From: Desulfosoma sp. | GTDB lineage: Bacteria; Desulfobacterota; Syntrophobacteria; Syntrophobacterales; DSM-9756 | NCBI GenBank assembly: GCA_037481835.1 | Contig: JBBFKW010000007.1 | Span: 96,314-110,004, forward strand | Direction: 5' to 3' | Length of the DNA: 13,691 nt | Shown here: piece by piece, positions 1-8,223 of the stretch | How the letters are laid out: each line of letters begins with the position of its first letter | Numbering within the stretch: the stretch's first letter is position 1 | Notes under the pieces: generated by a model | The model's database searches: none | What the model was told of the DNA's origin: nothing | Seen by the model: the letters and a program-made list of their open reading frames with translations, nothing else | Made by a program: the position numbers and the translations under genes

Positions 1-2934
1 GCCACCAACGTGGCGGAGACATCCGTGACCATTCCGGGAATCCGATGCGTGGTGGATACGGGGTTGGCCCGCCTGGCCATGTATAACCCGAGAAGCCGCA
101 CCCAGGGGCTTCCCGTGCTGCCCATATCTCAAGCGAGCGCCGATCAGAGGGCCGGGCGCTGCGGTCGCACGGGGCCCGGCGTGTGCGTGCGGCTCTATGC
201 CGAAGACGACTACCTGGGCCGTCCCCGGTACACGCCGCCGGAAATCCTGCGTGCCAACTTGGCTGAAGTCATTTTGAAGATGCTTGCCTGGCGTTTCGGC
301 GACATCCGAACATTTCCGTTCCTCAACCCCCCGTCTCCGGCCGCCGTCAAAGACGGCTATGCGGTCCTTTTGGAATTGGGCGCGGTGGATCGCCATCACC
401 GCATAACGGAACTGGGGCGCCTCATGGCCCGATTCCCTTTGGATCCCCGCATTTCCCGCATGCTCATCCAGGCGCAAAAGGAAGGGGCCTTGAGGGATGT
501 GGCAGTGCTGTGCGCCGCCTTGAGCATCCAGGACCCTCGGGAAAGGCCTTTCGAGCACCAAGAACAGGCGGATCAGGTGCACGCCCGATTCCGGGATCGC
601 CGTTCCGATTTCCTGACCCTTTTGAACATCTGGCGGTCCTACCGGCGCAAAACCATCGAAGGGGCGTCCCAGTCGCAGCTGCGCGCCTTCTGCCGGGAGC
701 ACTACTTGTCCTTCCGCCGCATGCGGGAATGGGCCCAAGTAGCGGACGAAATCCAATCCATCCTGGACGAACTGGGCATGACGAAGGCCGCGCCGGATGA
801 GGGCGCCCCTGCGGCCTCTTATGAGGCCATCCATCGGAGCGTGGCCAGCGGGTACCTGAGCCATGTGGCACTCAAGAAAGAGAAAAACATCTACGAAGGA
901 GCCCGGGGCCGTCGGATGATGCTCTTTCCAGGGTCAAGTCTCTTCAACAAGGGAGGGGACTGGATCGTTGCGGCGGAAATCGTTCAGACAAGCCGTCTTT
1001 TCGCCCGCATGGCGGCAAACATCGAGCCCCAATGGCTGGAAGACCTCGGAAGCCACTTGATCAAATCCCATGTGAGTTCCCCACATTGGGAAAGAAAACG
1101 CGGCCGCGTCGTCGCTTACGAAAAGGTCACCCTTTACGGCCTTCCCATTGTGGAGAAGCGCCCGGTGGATTTTGCCCGCTACGACCCGGCCGAGGCCCGC
1201 CGAATCTTTATCCGGTCGGCCCTCGTGGAAGGCGATCTTCCCAAGTCGTACGGTTTTCATGAGCACAACCGAAAGCTCAGGGAAGAACTGGAAAATGTGG
1301 AAGACAAACTGCGACGTCGGGGAATCCTCATCGACGACGAAGACATCTTTGCCTTTTACGACCAAAGGATTCCGGATCTTGCCGACATCCGTTCTTTCGA
1401 CAAATGGCTCAAGGATCAAGGCGGAGACGGGATTCTTCGGATGAAGGCGGAGGATTTCGTCAAGGGCGGGCCCGATCCGGCGTCCCTCGGCGGGTTTCCC
1501 GATTTTCTCGATTTGGGGGAATTCCGGCTGCCGCTCCGCTACGCCTTCAGTCCGGGGGAAGAACAGGACGGCGTCACGGTGACCGTGCCGATCCACGTGC
1601 TTCCCCGCCTGGAGCCGCACTCTTTCGAGTGGCTCGTTTCGGGATTGCTCGAGGAGAAGATTCTGCTGCTCTTGAAGGCTCTGCCGAAAAACCTCAGGCG
1701 TCACGCGGCCCCTGTTTCGGAGACGGCCCGGAAGGTCTTTTCCCGCCTCATCCATGGGAAAGGGGATTTCTATGCGGCCTTGACCCAGGCGGTGCACGAC
1801 GTGTGCACTCTGAATGTGCCGGTCTCTTCGTGGCCCCGGGAGAGCCTTCCCGATCACCTGAAAATGCGCTTCGAAGTCGTGGACGAAGAAGGCACCGTCC
1901 TGCACGCAGGCAGGGATCTTCGGGATCTCCAGCACAAGGCCGTAGGACTGCACCGGGACGCCGCGTGGGAAAGAGCGCGCCGCCGGTGGGAGCGCACCGG
2001 CCTGACTTCTTGGGATTTCGGGCCGCTGCCCGAAAAGATCGAACTGGGTCGGGATGCCTATGGGCTCATGCGCTACGCCTACCCGGGCCTCCAGGCCGAA
2101 GGGGCCGCCGTGTCCGTGAGACTTTTCGCCGATGCTGCATCAGCCCGGCTGGCCACCCGAGACGGTTTGCTGGTGCTTTACCAATGGGCCTTCGCCCCCA
2201 TCCTCAAGGGGCTTCGAAAGGAATGGGTCCTGTCGCCACGGCGGCTGAGCGCAGATGGCCCCTCGGATGCCGTGCCCCCAGGGGCGCTGCATTTCTTGGG
2301 GGACATCCGGGAAGCGGAAAAGCAGGCTCACGTCTACATACTCCGGGAGCTGTTCGATCTTCATGACCCTCAGGCGCCCGATGAAGACAAATACCGGCGG
2401 ACGATCCGGGAACTTCCGGCAGAGCTCGGGCTTCGTGCCCGCGAACTCTGGGCGCAACTCAAGGCCGTGCTCCAGGCCCGATACGAAGTGAGCGGGATTC
2501 TGGAAAAGTATCGGCACAAGAGCGCCGCCGATCCTGCGGCGTTGGAACGATTGCAGGCAGTGGAGGAGGAACTGGTTCGGCTGGTTCCGCCGGATTTCTT
2601 GACCCGGTACCGAAGCGCCGTCATGGCTGAGCTGCCGCGCTACCTGAAAGGACTGGCCCTGCGCGCCGAAAGAGCGTACGTGGCTCCGGAAAAGGATCGA
2701 CAAAAATGGGCCGAGGTGGCCCCTTTTGCGGCCCGCTATGAAAAGGCCCGGGAAAAGCTCCCCAAAGAAGCGCCCCAAGGGATCCAGGACTTCCTTGACG
2801 AAATGCGGTGGATGTTGGAAGAATACAAACTCAGCCTGTTCGCGCCCGAGGTGAAGACGCGATTTCCCATTTCGGCTCGACGCTTGGAAAAGAAATGGGC
2901 CGAATATGAGGCGCTCTTAGGTCAGACGACATGA
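1..2934 (+). CDS. hrpA: ATP-dependent DEAH-box RNA helicase HrpA (5'-truncated by window edge)
   Basis: Frame is open from base 1 and reads ATNVAETSVTIPG (motif V), then SQASADQRAGRCGR (motif VI). These are followed by an HA2-like region (ITELGRLMARFPLDPR, LSIQDPRERP, SDFL), an OB-like region and a DUF3418-like C-terminus ending EEYKLSLFAPEVKTRFPISARRL. The GTG at 10 is internal, not the true start. Confidence 0.95.
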   Translation, partial: ATNVAETSVTIPGIRCVVDTGLARLAMYNPRSRTQGLPVLPISQASADQRAGRCGRTGPGVCVRLYAEDDYLGRPRYTPPEILRANLAEVILKMLAWRFGDIRTFPFLNPPSPAAVKDGYAVLLELGAVDRHHRITELGRLMARFPLDPRISRMLIQAQKEGALRDVAVLCAALSIQDPRERPFEHQEQADQVHARFRDRRSDFLTLLNIWRSYRRKTIEGASQSQLRAFCREHYLSFRRMREWAQVADEIQSILDELGMTKAAPDEGAPAASYEAIHRSVASGYLSHVALKKEKNIYEGARGRRMMLFPGSSLFNKGGDWIVAAEIVQTSRLFARMAANIEPQWLEDLGSHLIKSHVSSPHWERKRGRVVAYEKVTLYGLPIVEKRPVDFARYDPAEARRIFIRSALVEGDLPKSYGFHEHNRKLREELENVEDKLRRRGILIDDEDIFAFYDQRIPDLADIRSFDKWLKDQGGDGILRMKAEDFVKGGPDPASLGGFPDFLDLGEFRLPLRYAFSPGEEQDGVTVTVPIHVLPRLEPHSFEWLVSGLLEEKILLLLKALPKNLRRHAAPVSETARKVFSRLIHGKGDFYAALTQAVHDVCTLNVPVSSWPRESLPDHLKMRFEVVDEEGTVLHAGRDLRDLQHKAVGLHRDAAWERARRRWERTGLTSWDFGPLPEKIELGRDAYGLMRYAYPGLQAEGAAVSVRLFADAASARLATRDGLLVLYQWAFAPILKGLRKEWVLSPRRLSADGPSDAVPPGALHFLGDIREAEKQAHVYILRELFDLHDPQAPDEDKYRRTIRELPAELGLRARELWAQLKAVLQARYEVSGILEKYRHKSAADPAALERLQAVEEELVRLVPPDFLTRYRSAVMAELPRYLKGLALRAERAYVAPEKDRQKWAEVAPFAARYEKAREKLPKEAPQGIQDFLDEMRWMLEEYKLSLFAPEVKTRFPISARRLEKKWAEYEALLGQTT

Positions 2935-3785
2935 AAAACCATGGGGATTATCTGCAGGCGATTCTCGAACATCCGGGTTCCTTGCAAGAGCACATCGAAG
3001 ACCGACTGGCTCCCGACTTCCTTAGGGATCCCTCGGCGGCGGAATTCAAGAAACAGCTGGGAATGTCCTCCAGCGTGTTACTTCTGCTCGGCTGCGGCCT
3101 TCACGAAGACGGGTGTGCTCAAGAGCCGTGCTTGATTCTCAACCGCCGGTCCCGCCGCGTCCGTCAAAGCGGCGATTTGTGCTGTCCAGGGGGGACGGTG
3201 GAAACCCGCCTGGACCCCGTTTTGGCCAGAGCCTTAAGCCTGCCGCGTTGCCCCTTGGCTCGATGGCGTCATTGGCCTGAGCTGCGCCGTAGATCTCCTC
3301 ATGCGGCCCGCTTACTGGCTCTTCACCTGGCGACGGGGTTGAGGGAGAGCTGGGAAGAGATGCGCCTCAACCCTTTGTTTTTCCGCTTCCTGGGTCCCCT
3401 ACCTCCGGAAAGGCTGCGTTTGTTCGTTCGAGTCATTCACCCTTTGGTAGGCTGGATTTCCAAACCGCAGCGCTTTGTGCCCAACTGGGAAGTGGATCGC
3501 ATCGTAGCCATCCCTGTGCGACACCTCTTGGATCCCGCACGCTATTACCGCTACCGCTTGTATGTGGCTCCGGACGTCCAAAGCGCGGTGAAGCCGCCTG
3601 CCCAAGATTTACCGTGCTTCCTCCACCAAGACGGTGTTCACGTGGAAATCCTCTGGGGAGCGACCTTTCGCATCGTAACCCTTTTCCTTTCCAAGGTTTT
3701 CGACTTTTCTCCCCCGGACGTCTCAAATCGCCCCGTCGTCCCCGGCCTTCTCGACGCCGCTTACCTCAACGGCACCCGGGTATGA
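2931..3785 (+). CDS. Nudix hydrolase, CoA pyrophosphatase (NudL/Pcd1-like) family, with interrupted Nudix box
   Basis: NuCoA-like motif LILNRRSRRVRQSGDLCCPGG, Nudix helix ATGLRESWEEMRL, PNWEVDRIVAIP and ILWGATFRI (typical IWGxT end motif). ATGA overlap with the hrpA stop. Confidence 0.85.
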   Translation: MKNHGDYLQAILEHPGSLQEHIEDRLAPDFLRDPSAAEFKKQLGMSSSVLLLLGCGLHEDGCAQEPCLILNRRSRRVRQSGDLCCPGGTVETRLDPVLARALSLPRCPLARWRHWPELRRRSPHAARLLALHLATGLRESWEEMRLNPLFFRFLGPLPPERLRLFVRVIHPLVGWISKPQRFVPNWEVDRIVAIPVRHLLDPARYYRYRLYVAPDVQSAVKPPAQDLPCFLHQDGVHVEILWGATFRIVTLFLSKVFDFSPPDVSNRPVVPGLLDAAYLNGTRV

Positions 3786-3791
3786 ACCGGC

Positions 3792-4664
3792 CTACTCCGC
3801 TTTCACGGCGGCTTTGAAATGCCGGACGAAGACGTTGACCATGGCCCAGACAGTGTCCAGGGCCGGAAGGTGCAGGGACACGGTGGCGTCAAAGCGGATC
3901 TTGACGGAAGGGGGAAATTCATCGTCCCCCCGCCAATAGACCAGCCGCACGGGGATCCGCGGCAGTACCGAGAACTGGAAGGCCATATCGCCCCCTTCGA
4001 TGGGAATGCCCCCGAGCGTGGTGGAGGCATCGGCAAAGCGCCGGGAGTCGTCGGCCACAAGCTCCACGATCTGTTGGAGCGGAAAGGCGTGTGGGCCTGT
4101 AAAAAACTGATGCCCCGAAGGAATTTCCTTTTCGCTGATCCATCGGCCCGATGGGGGTACCTCCCGGGCTTGGAGAAGGTAGTGCAGCAGCACAAGCCCC
4201 GTTTGGAAATCGACCTTGGATGAGGTCAAGCCCGGTTCGGCGCGAATCGTTCTCTTTTTCGGGATGCACCGGAAAGATCCCGCGAGAAACGGGATGCGAT
4301 AGGCTGCTTCATCAGGATCCCAGTGGACCAGGCAGCGGCGGCACACGTCTTCGGGATCCAGCCGGGCCGCCTCTTCCCACAGGGAAGGGTCCAGGTCTTC
4401 CAGGGATTCGTAAAGGCTTGGGGACTCAAAAGATTCCAGGACGGAGGCAATGAGCTTTCGGGCGGCGGGCAGGTGCCGGGCCGGAACCAGAATCTGCCCC
4501 CAGCCGCGCTGGGGGACGAACAGCCCATCGTAAGCCGTTTCCTCAAAGGATCGGACGAGGAAAGGCACGCCTTCCTTTTCCAAAACGTTGGACAAGATAT
4601 CGGCTTCGAAGCGGTTGGCCAAGGTATAGAGGAAAACCCACGGCGATTCCGAAGATGTCTCCAT
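3792..4664 (-). CDS. Two-domain protein: N-terminal DUF2007-like (putative signal-transducing) domain plus DUF3786-like domain, 290 aa
   Basis: ATG at 4664, 10 nt downstream of GGAGG. The N-terminus (NRFEADILSNVLEKEGVPF..SFEETAYDGLF..QRGWGQILVP) resembles DUF2007. The C-terminus (LVLLHYL, GRWISEKEIPSGHQFF, VLPRIPVRLVYWRGDDEFPPSVKIRFD) resembles DUF3786. The 5096 start in the ORF track overlaps the upstream gene and is unlikely. Confidence 0.8.
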   Translation of the reverse strand: METSSESPWVFLYTLANRFEADILSNVLEKEGVPFLVRSFEETAYDGLFVPQRGWGQILVPARHLPAARKLIASVLESFESPSLYESLEDLDPSLWEEAARLDPEDVCRRCLVHWDPDEAAYRIPFLAGSFRCIPKKRTIRAEPGLTSSKVDFQTGLVLLHYLLQAREVPPSGRWISEKEIPSGHQFFTGPHAFPLQQIVELVADDSRRFADASTTLGGIPIEGGDMAFQFSVLPRIPVRLVYWRGDDEFPPSVKIRFDATVSLHLPALDTVWAMVNVFVRHFKAAVKAE

Positions 4665-4669
4665 TGTCG

Positions 4670-5164
4670 TCAAACCTCCGGGCATTCGCTGAGGGAGCTT
4701 TCCCCCCGAAAGACCTTGGCGGCGAAAGCCATGCAGGTAGCCGCACCGCATCGGCCGCAGTTGGTTTGAGGGAGCCTGCGGTAGATGTCGAGCACGGTAA
4801 CAGTTGGGCGTTTGTGCAAAACCGGTGTAATGGACTGGCGGTTTCGGCGGATTTCCTGAATTTTTTGGAAATAGCGCTCGCACCACCGAGCCGCCTCTTC
4901 GGGCCCGGAAACGTCCGTAATGGTGATCTTGTCCGCATACAATCCCACAATGTGCCCCTGATCCATGACATTGGCCACGCCGCTCCCATGCACATAAGTG
5001 CAATTGGGCAAGACGGCGGCGCAGTAGGGCAGCACATCGCCGATGGGCTCTTGAAGCTCCATGATCACATTGAAGTGGTCGGACTGGGGCATGCACTCGA
5101 TGTTCACCAAACGAAACGAATACCCCTGCCTTTCCGTCGTGTTGTTCACCGAACTTTCCGTCAT
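4670..5164 (-). CDS. (Fe-S)-binding protein with C-terminal putative 4Fe-4S domain (PF04060-like; COG4871-like)
   Basis: C-terminal LDIYRRLPQTNCGRCGAATCMAFA...ECP gives Cx2Cx4Cx16C, the motif type seen at the N-terminus of AcsC/CdhE and in RnfB. N-terminal ECMP and DVLPY motifs. ATGA overlap with the upstream J-domain gene. Confidence 0.85.
   Translation of the reverse strand: MTESSVNNTTERQGYSFRLVNIECMPQSDHFNVIMELQEPIGDVLPYCAAVLPNCTYVHGSGVANVMDQGHIVGLYADKITITDVSGPEEAARWCERYFQKIQEIRRNRQSITPVLHKRPTVTVLDIYRRLPQTNCGRCGAATCMAFAAKVFRGESSLSECPEV
4675..4679 (-). promoter_or_regulatory. Shine-Dalgarno GGAGG for the DUF2007-DUF3786-like gene, embedded in the Fe-S gene 3' end
   Basis: Minus strand reads GGAGG-TTTGACGACA-ATG, with the ATG at 4664. 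Confidence 0.55.
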
Positions 5165-5637
5165 TTTCCCCGTTCCCGGTTCTTGTGTATCAGGGTTTCA
5201 TAGGCCCATTGGATTTCCTGAAACTTTTCTTTGGCCAGCTGCTGGAATTCCTCGCCGAGGTGACTGACTTTGTCCGGATGATACTTGGCGGCCATGCGGT
5301 GATAAGCCTTCTTGATTGTGTCCGGATCGGCACCGGGTTCGATGCTGAGGATCTCATAGGGGTTTTTCGGTTTGTTGCGATCGGCCCGTTCGTCCGAACG
5401 CTCCGCGCCGTCCTGCCTGTATGCTCCGGAGCGGTCCCGCTTTTCCTCGGTTTTTCGGGATCCGGTTCTCGAACCGCCCGGGGCGCCTTGGCGCAGGAAG
5501 AAATAATAGACCAACCCCAACAGGATGAGATCGTCCGTCCATCCCGGTCCAAAGAAATGGTCCGGGAGGATGTCGAAAGGCATGAGGAAGTAAACCAGCC
5601 ACGCCAGCAGGGGCCACAGTCTTTGGGTCATGGACAT
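5161..5637 (-). CDS. Membrane-anchored J-domain (DjlA-like) co-chaperone with N-terminal DUF1232/YkvA-like hairpin
   Basis: N-terminal LVYFLMPFDILPD..GPGWTDDLILL (DUF1232-like), a charged linker, and a C-terminal J domain NPYEILSI..IKKAYHRMAAKYHPDKV..AKEKFQEIQWAYETL with intact HPD. Start is at 5637 or 5631. Confidence 0.9.
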   Translation of the reverse strand: MSMTQRLWPLLAWLVYFLMPFDILPDHFFGPGWTDDLILLGLVYYFFLRQGAPGGSRTGSRKTEEKRDRSGAYRQDGAERSDERADRNKPKNPYEILSIEPGADPDTIKKAYHRMAAKYHPDKVSHLGEEFQQLAKEKFQEIQWAYETLIHKNRERGK

Positions 5638-8202
5638 TTACCGTGGGCTCGGCTGAAAAAACGTGTCGTAATGGGGGGTGATACGCCCCAAAGAGTCGTG
5701 TTTTTCGAAAAACCACGTGAGGCCCACACCGCCGGCCCATCGCGTGTAGTCCGATGACTTGTCCATGTCCACGTGAACTCCCACAGCCCACTGTGGGGAC
5801 AAGAGCTTGACGGCTCGGAAGGATCCACTGTAACCCAGCCCAGAAAAGCGATCCCCAGGATACTTTTCGTTTGTGGAATTTCGAGGATAAATTGGGCTCT
5901 CCTCGGTTTCATAATACAGATAACCCGCAGAAACTTTCATGTCCAACCACCATGGGCCGCGGGGGTCGGAACGATAACGGGCGGTCGGTCCCGTCATGAT
6001 GAAAAAGGAAGGGCTGAAATAACCCCCGTGCCCGTAGGTGTAAAAATCCGAATTCCGGTCGAAATGGGAAACGGAGAGAAAACCTCCGAAAGATAGAGTT
6101 CCGGACTGGAAGGGGAAGCTCCGTCCCAAGGCGGCATCCCCTGTCACGGAAAAATTCCGCCACACGTTGTGCCCCCAGTAGTGATCGGCACCGACCCGGA
6201 GGCTCAGCCACGATCCGCCGGGCCAAGACATGTCGCGGCCGATGGATCCTCCGGTTTTCAGTACCCGGCCCCACGTGCGATCCGAGTAGGGGTCGCGCTG
6301 CCCGATCCAGGACAGGAGCGTATCTTCCACGGATTTTTGGTGGACTTCCACGTGCCACTGAGGGTTGTAGATCTGCAGGGAAAATGTCGGCATGGGATCC
6401 ACCGCACCCCCCAGTGGGCCCAGGCCTGCCGTCGCCTGAAAATCCCACGTTCCCTCCTTGATGAAGGCCACCGAAGGGGAAGCGATCCATGCGGATTGGA
6501 TCCAGCGGGACACATCCGCTTTCTTGGCCTGCGGAAGGCCGAACGAGCCCACAAAGGGACTTGATCCGGGATCTCCCCCGTCCAAATAAATCCCTTCCAG
6601 CTTCAGGGCCCACAGGGACTGGGGGGACCGGGGCACATAAACCGTCCATGGGGTTCTCAGGGTTCTCTTTCGGGACGTTCCCTCGTCCCCGGAACGGCTC
6701 TCATAGGACGCCTGAAGGGTCGTCCACGGCGCGGCATCGTTCGTCTCGTCTTTCAACACCGAAGCCGCATGGAGCACCTTTCCGGTTCTCAGGTAGTGAC
6801 GTCCCGCCGCTTCCTGAACCGATGGATTTTCCGTACGATCCATCTCCACGGCTTTCTCGTGGGCGGCCCCGAACTCGCCCGATCGTTCCAACGAAAGGAG
6901 AAGCCCTTCGGCATCTTCGCCGGTCGGTTGGAGTGCATAGGATTTTTGGAACGCTTTGGCGGCTTCTCCTGGTCGGCCCTGTTCCATGAGCAGCCAGCCC
7001 AAAGACCGCCATGGGCTTCCTTTATCGGCCTTGACGGCCGCCGCCCGGCGAAAGAGGGCTTCCGCTCCCGCCAGGTCTTTTTCCTTCCACCGATAAGCGC
7101 CTTCTTCCATGGAAAGGCGAAAGACCAAAGCCTCCCGGCCCTCCGGATAAGGGGGCTTCATGGCATCGACAACCTGAGCCGCCTCTCGGAACTTCTTCTG
7201 AGCCATGAAAGCGTAAGCCAGCCCATAGGCGCCCTCGTTTTGGTGGGGATGAGCCTCCCGGCAGCGGGCAAAATAACTTTCCGCTTCCGAAAACCGCCCG
7301 GCATGATAGCAGAACCACCCCAGCTTCAAGAGGGCTTCGAAATCGGTGGGGCTTTTTTCAAGGATGATCTTTGCAATCTGTTCCGTTTCAGGGGACGACT
7401 CGGGAAGGTTTCGAAGTTTCCTTCGATAGACTTCCATTTTCAAGGTGTCGAGGTCGCTGACATAGGATTGGGGGAGGCTGGGGAGGGCGTTTTCGGCGTC
7501 GATGCGGCGGATGGCTTCTTCGGGAGGGATGAGCTCCAGGAGTTCGTAGAGGACCCCCAGTCGGAGACGGTAACGGGTTTGAACACAATCCAGGATCCGC
7601 TCGTGAAGGCGTCGAGCTTCGTCGTTTCGTCCCTTCTGGCGCAGTGCCTTCGCTACTTCGAAAAAGGCTTCGGGGGCGATGCACCGGCGCAGGGCCCGCT
7701 CATTTTTCTGTGTGAAGCGCGACAAGGACGTCGGGTCGGCGCTTTCCGTCGTTCGGAGTGCTTCCCGTCTCAGGCGCTCTTCCCACAAAGTCCTCTGGTT
7801 CGCGGATCGAGCCTGACGGTATGAAGCGAGCCATCTTTGGGTGTCCCGCGTTCCATAACCCTGGTTTTCCAGGTCCAGGATCAAGGCGGCAGCGGCGTCC
7901 CTTTTCCCCACGCGATCCAGGCACAAGGCCTTGCCCCATTGGGCTTCCCGGCGCAACGCCGGAATTTCGCTGATGCGAAGCACCTCTTCAAAGAGCCTTT
8001 GGGCCTTTTCGTAACGTTCTTCCTTGAAATGCCACCACGCAATTTCCAAGGAGGCCTGAACCCGGACATTTCCCGGGCTTTTCGTCACATCGGGTGTCTC
8101 ATCCATTGGGGAGGAGGCTGTGGGCAGCGGGGTTTCGGCGGCGGCCCACGGGATTGAGCCCAACCAAAGGAAGAAAGCGGCGATAAGAACCATGGGCTTC
8201 AT
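5638..8202 (-). CDS. bcsC: Cellulose secretion outer-membrane protein BcsC (TPR repeats plus C-terminal beta-barrel), short form of about 854 aa
   Basis: Signal peptide (LIAAFFLWLGSIPWAAA), several TPR-like helical repeats, then BcsC barrel motifs (RSGDEGTS, VEDTLLSWIG..DPYS..TWGRV, YTYGHGGYFSP) and a C-terminal extension after the last strand. ATG at 8202 is preferred; GTG 8208 or ATG 8193 are possible. Confidence 0.88.
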   Translation of the reverse strand: MKPMVLIAAFFLWLGSIPWAAAETPLPTASSPMDETPDVTKSPGNVRVQASLEIAWWHFKEERYEKAQRLFEEVLRISEIPALRREAQWGKALCLDRVGKRDAAAALILDLENQGYGTRDTQRWLASYRQARSANQRTLWEERLRREALRTTESADPTSLSRFTQKNERALRRCIAPEAFFEVAKALRQKGRNDEARRLHERILDCVQTRYRLRLGVLYELLELIPPEEAIRRIDAENALPSLPQSYVSDLDTLKMEVYRRKLRNLPESSPETEQIAKIILEKSPTDFEALLKLGWFCYHAGRFSEAESYFARCREAHPHQNEGAYGLAYAFMAQKKFREAAQVVDAMKPPYPEGREALVFRLSMEEGAYRWKEKDLAGAEALFRRAAAVKADKGSPWRSLGWLLMEQGRPGEAAKAFQKSYALQPTGEDAEGLLLSLERSGEFGAAHEKAVEMDRTENPSVQEAAGRHYLRTGKVLHAASVLKDETNDAAPWTTLQASYESRSGDEGTSRKRTLRTPWTVYVPRSPQSLWALKLEGIYLDGGDPGSSPFVGSFGLPQAKKADVSRWIQSAWIASPSVAFIKEGTWDFQATAGLGPLGGAVDPMPTFSLQIYNPQWHVEVHQKSVEDTLLSWIGQRDPYSDRTWGRVLKTGGSIGRDMSWPGGSWLSLRVGADHYWGHNVWRNFSVTGDAALGRSFPFQSGTLSFGGFLSVSHFDRNSDFYTYGHGGYFSPSFFIMTGPTARYRSDPRGPWWLDMKVSAGYLYYETEESPIYPRNSTNEKYPGDRFSGLGYSGSFRAVKLLSPQWAVGVHVDMDKSSDYTRWAGGVGLTWFFEKHDSLGRITPHYDTFFQPSPR

Positions 8203-8223
8203 AGACACCCCACGAGGAAATTT

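Noticed and set aside
934..2778. ORFs of 339, 320 and 212 aa overlapping hrpA
   Set aside because: Antisense or alternative-frame shadows of a conserved helicase gene.
4665..5096. 144-codon N-terminal extension of the 3792..5096 ORF, or a programmed -1 frameshift fusing the Fe-S protein to the DUF3786-like protein
   Set aside because: The extension overlaps the well-supported Fe-S gene in another frame and reads as Arg/Gly-rich nonsense. A good SD and ATG exist at 4664. The nearby GGGAAAG is not in the correct phase for a -1 slippery heptamer.
6769..7824. 351-aa plus-strand ORF
   Set aside because: Antisense to the bcsC TPR region, with no domain signal.
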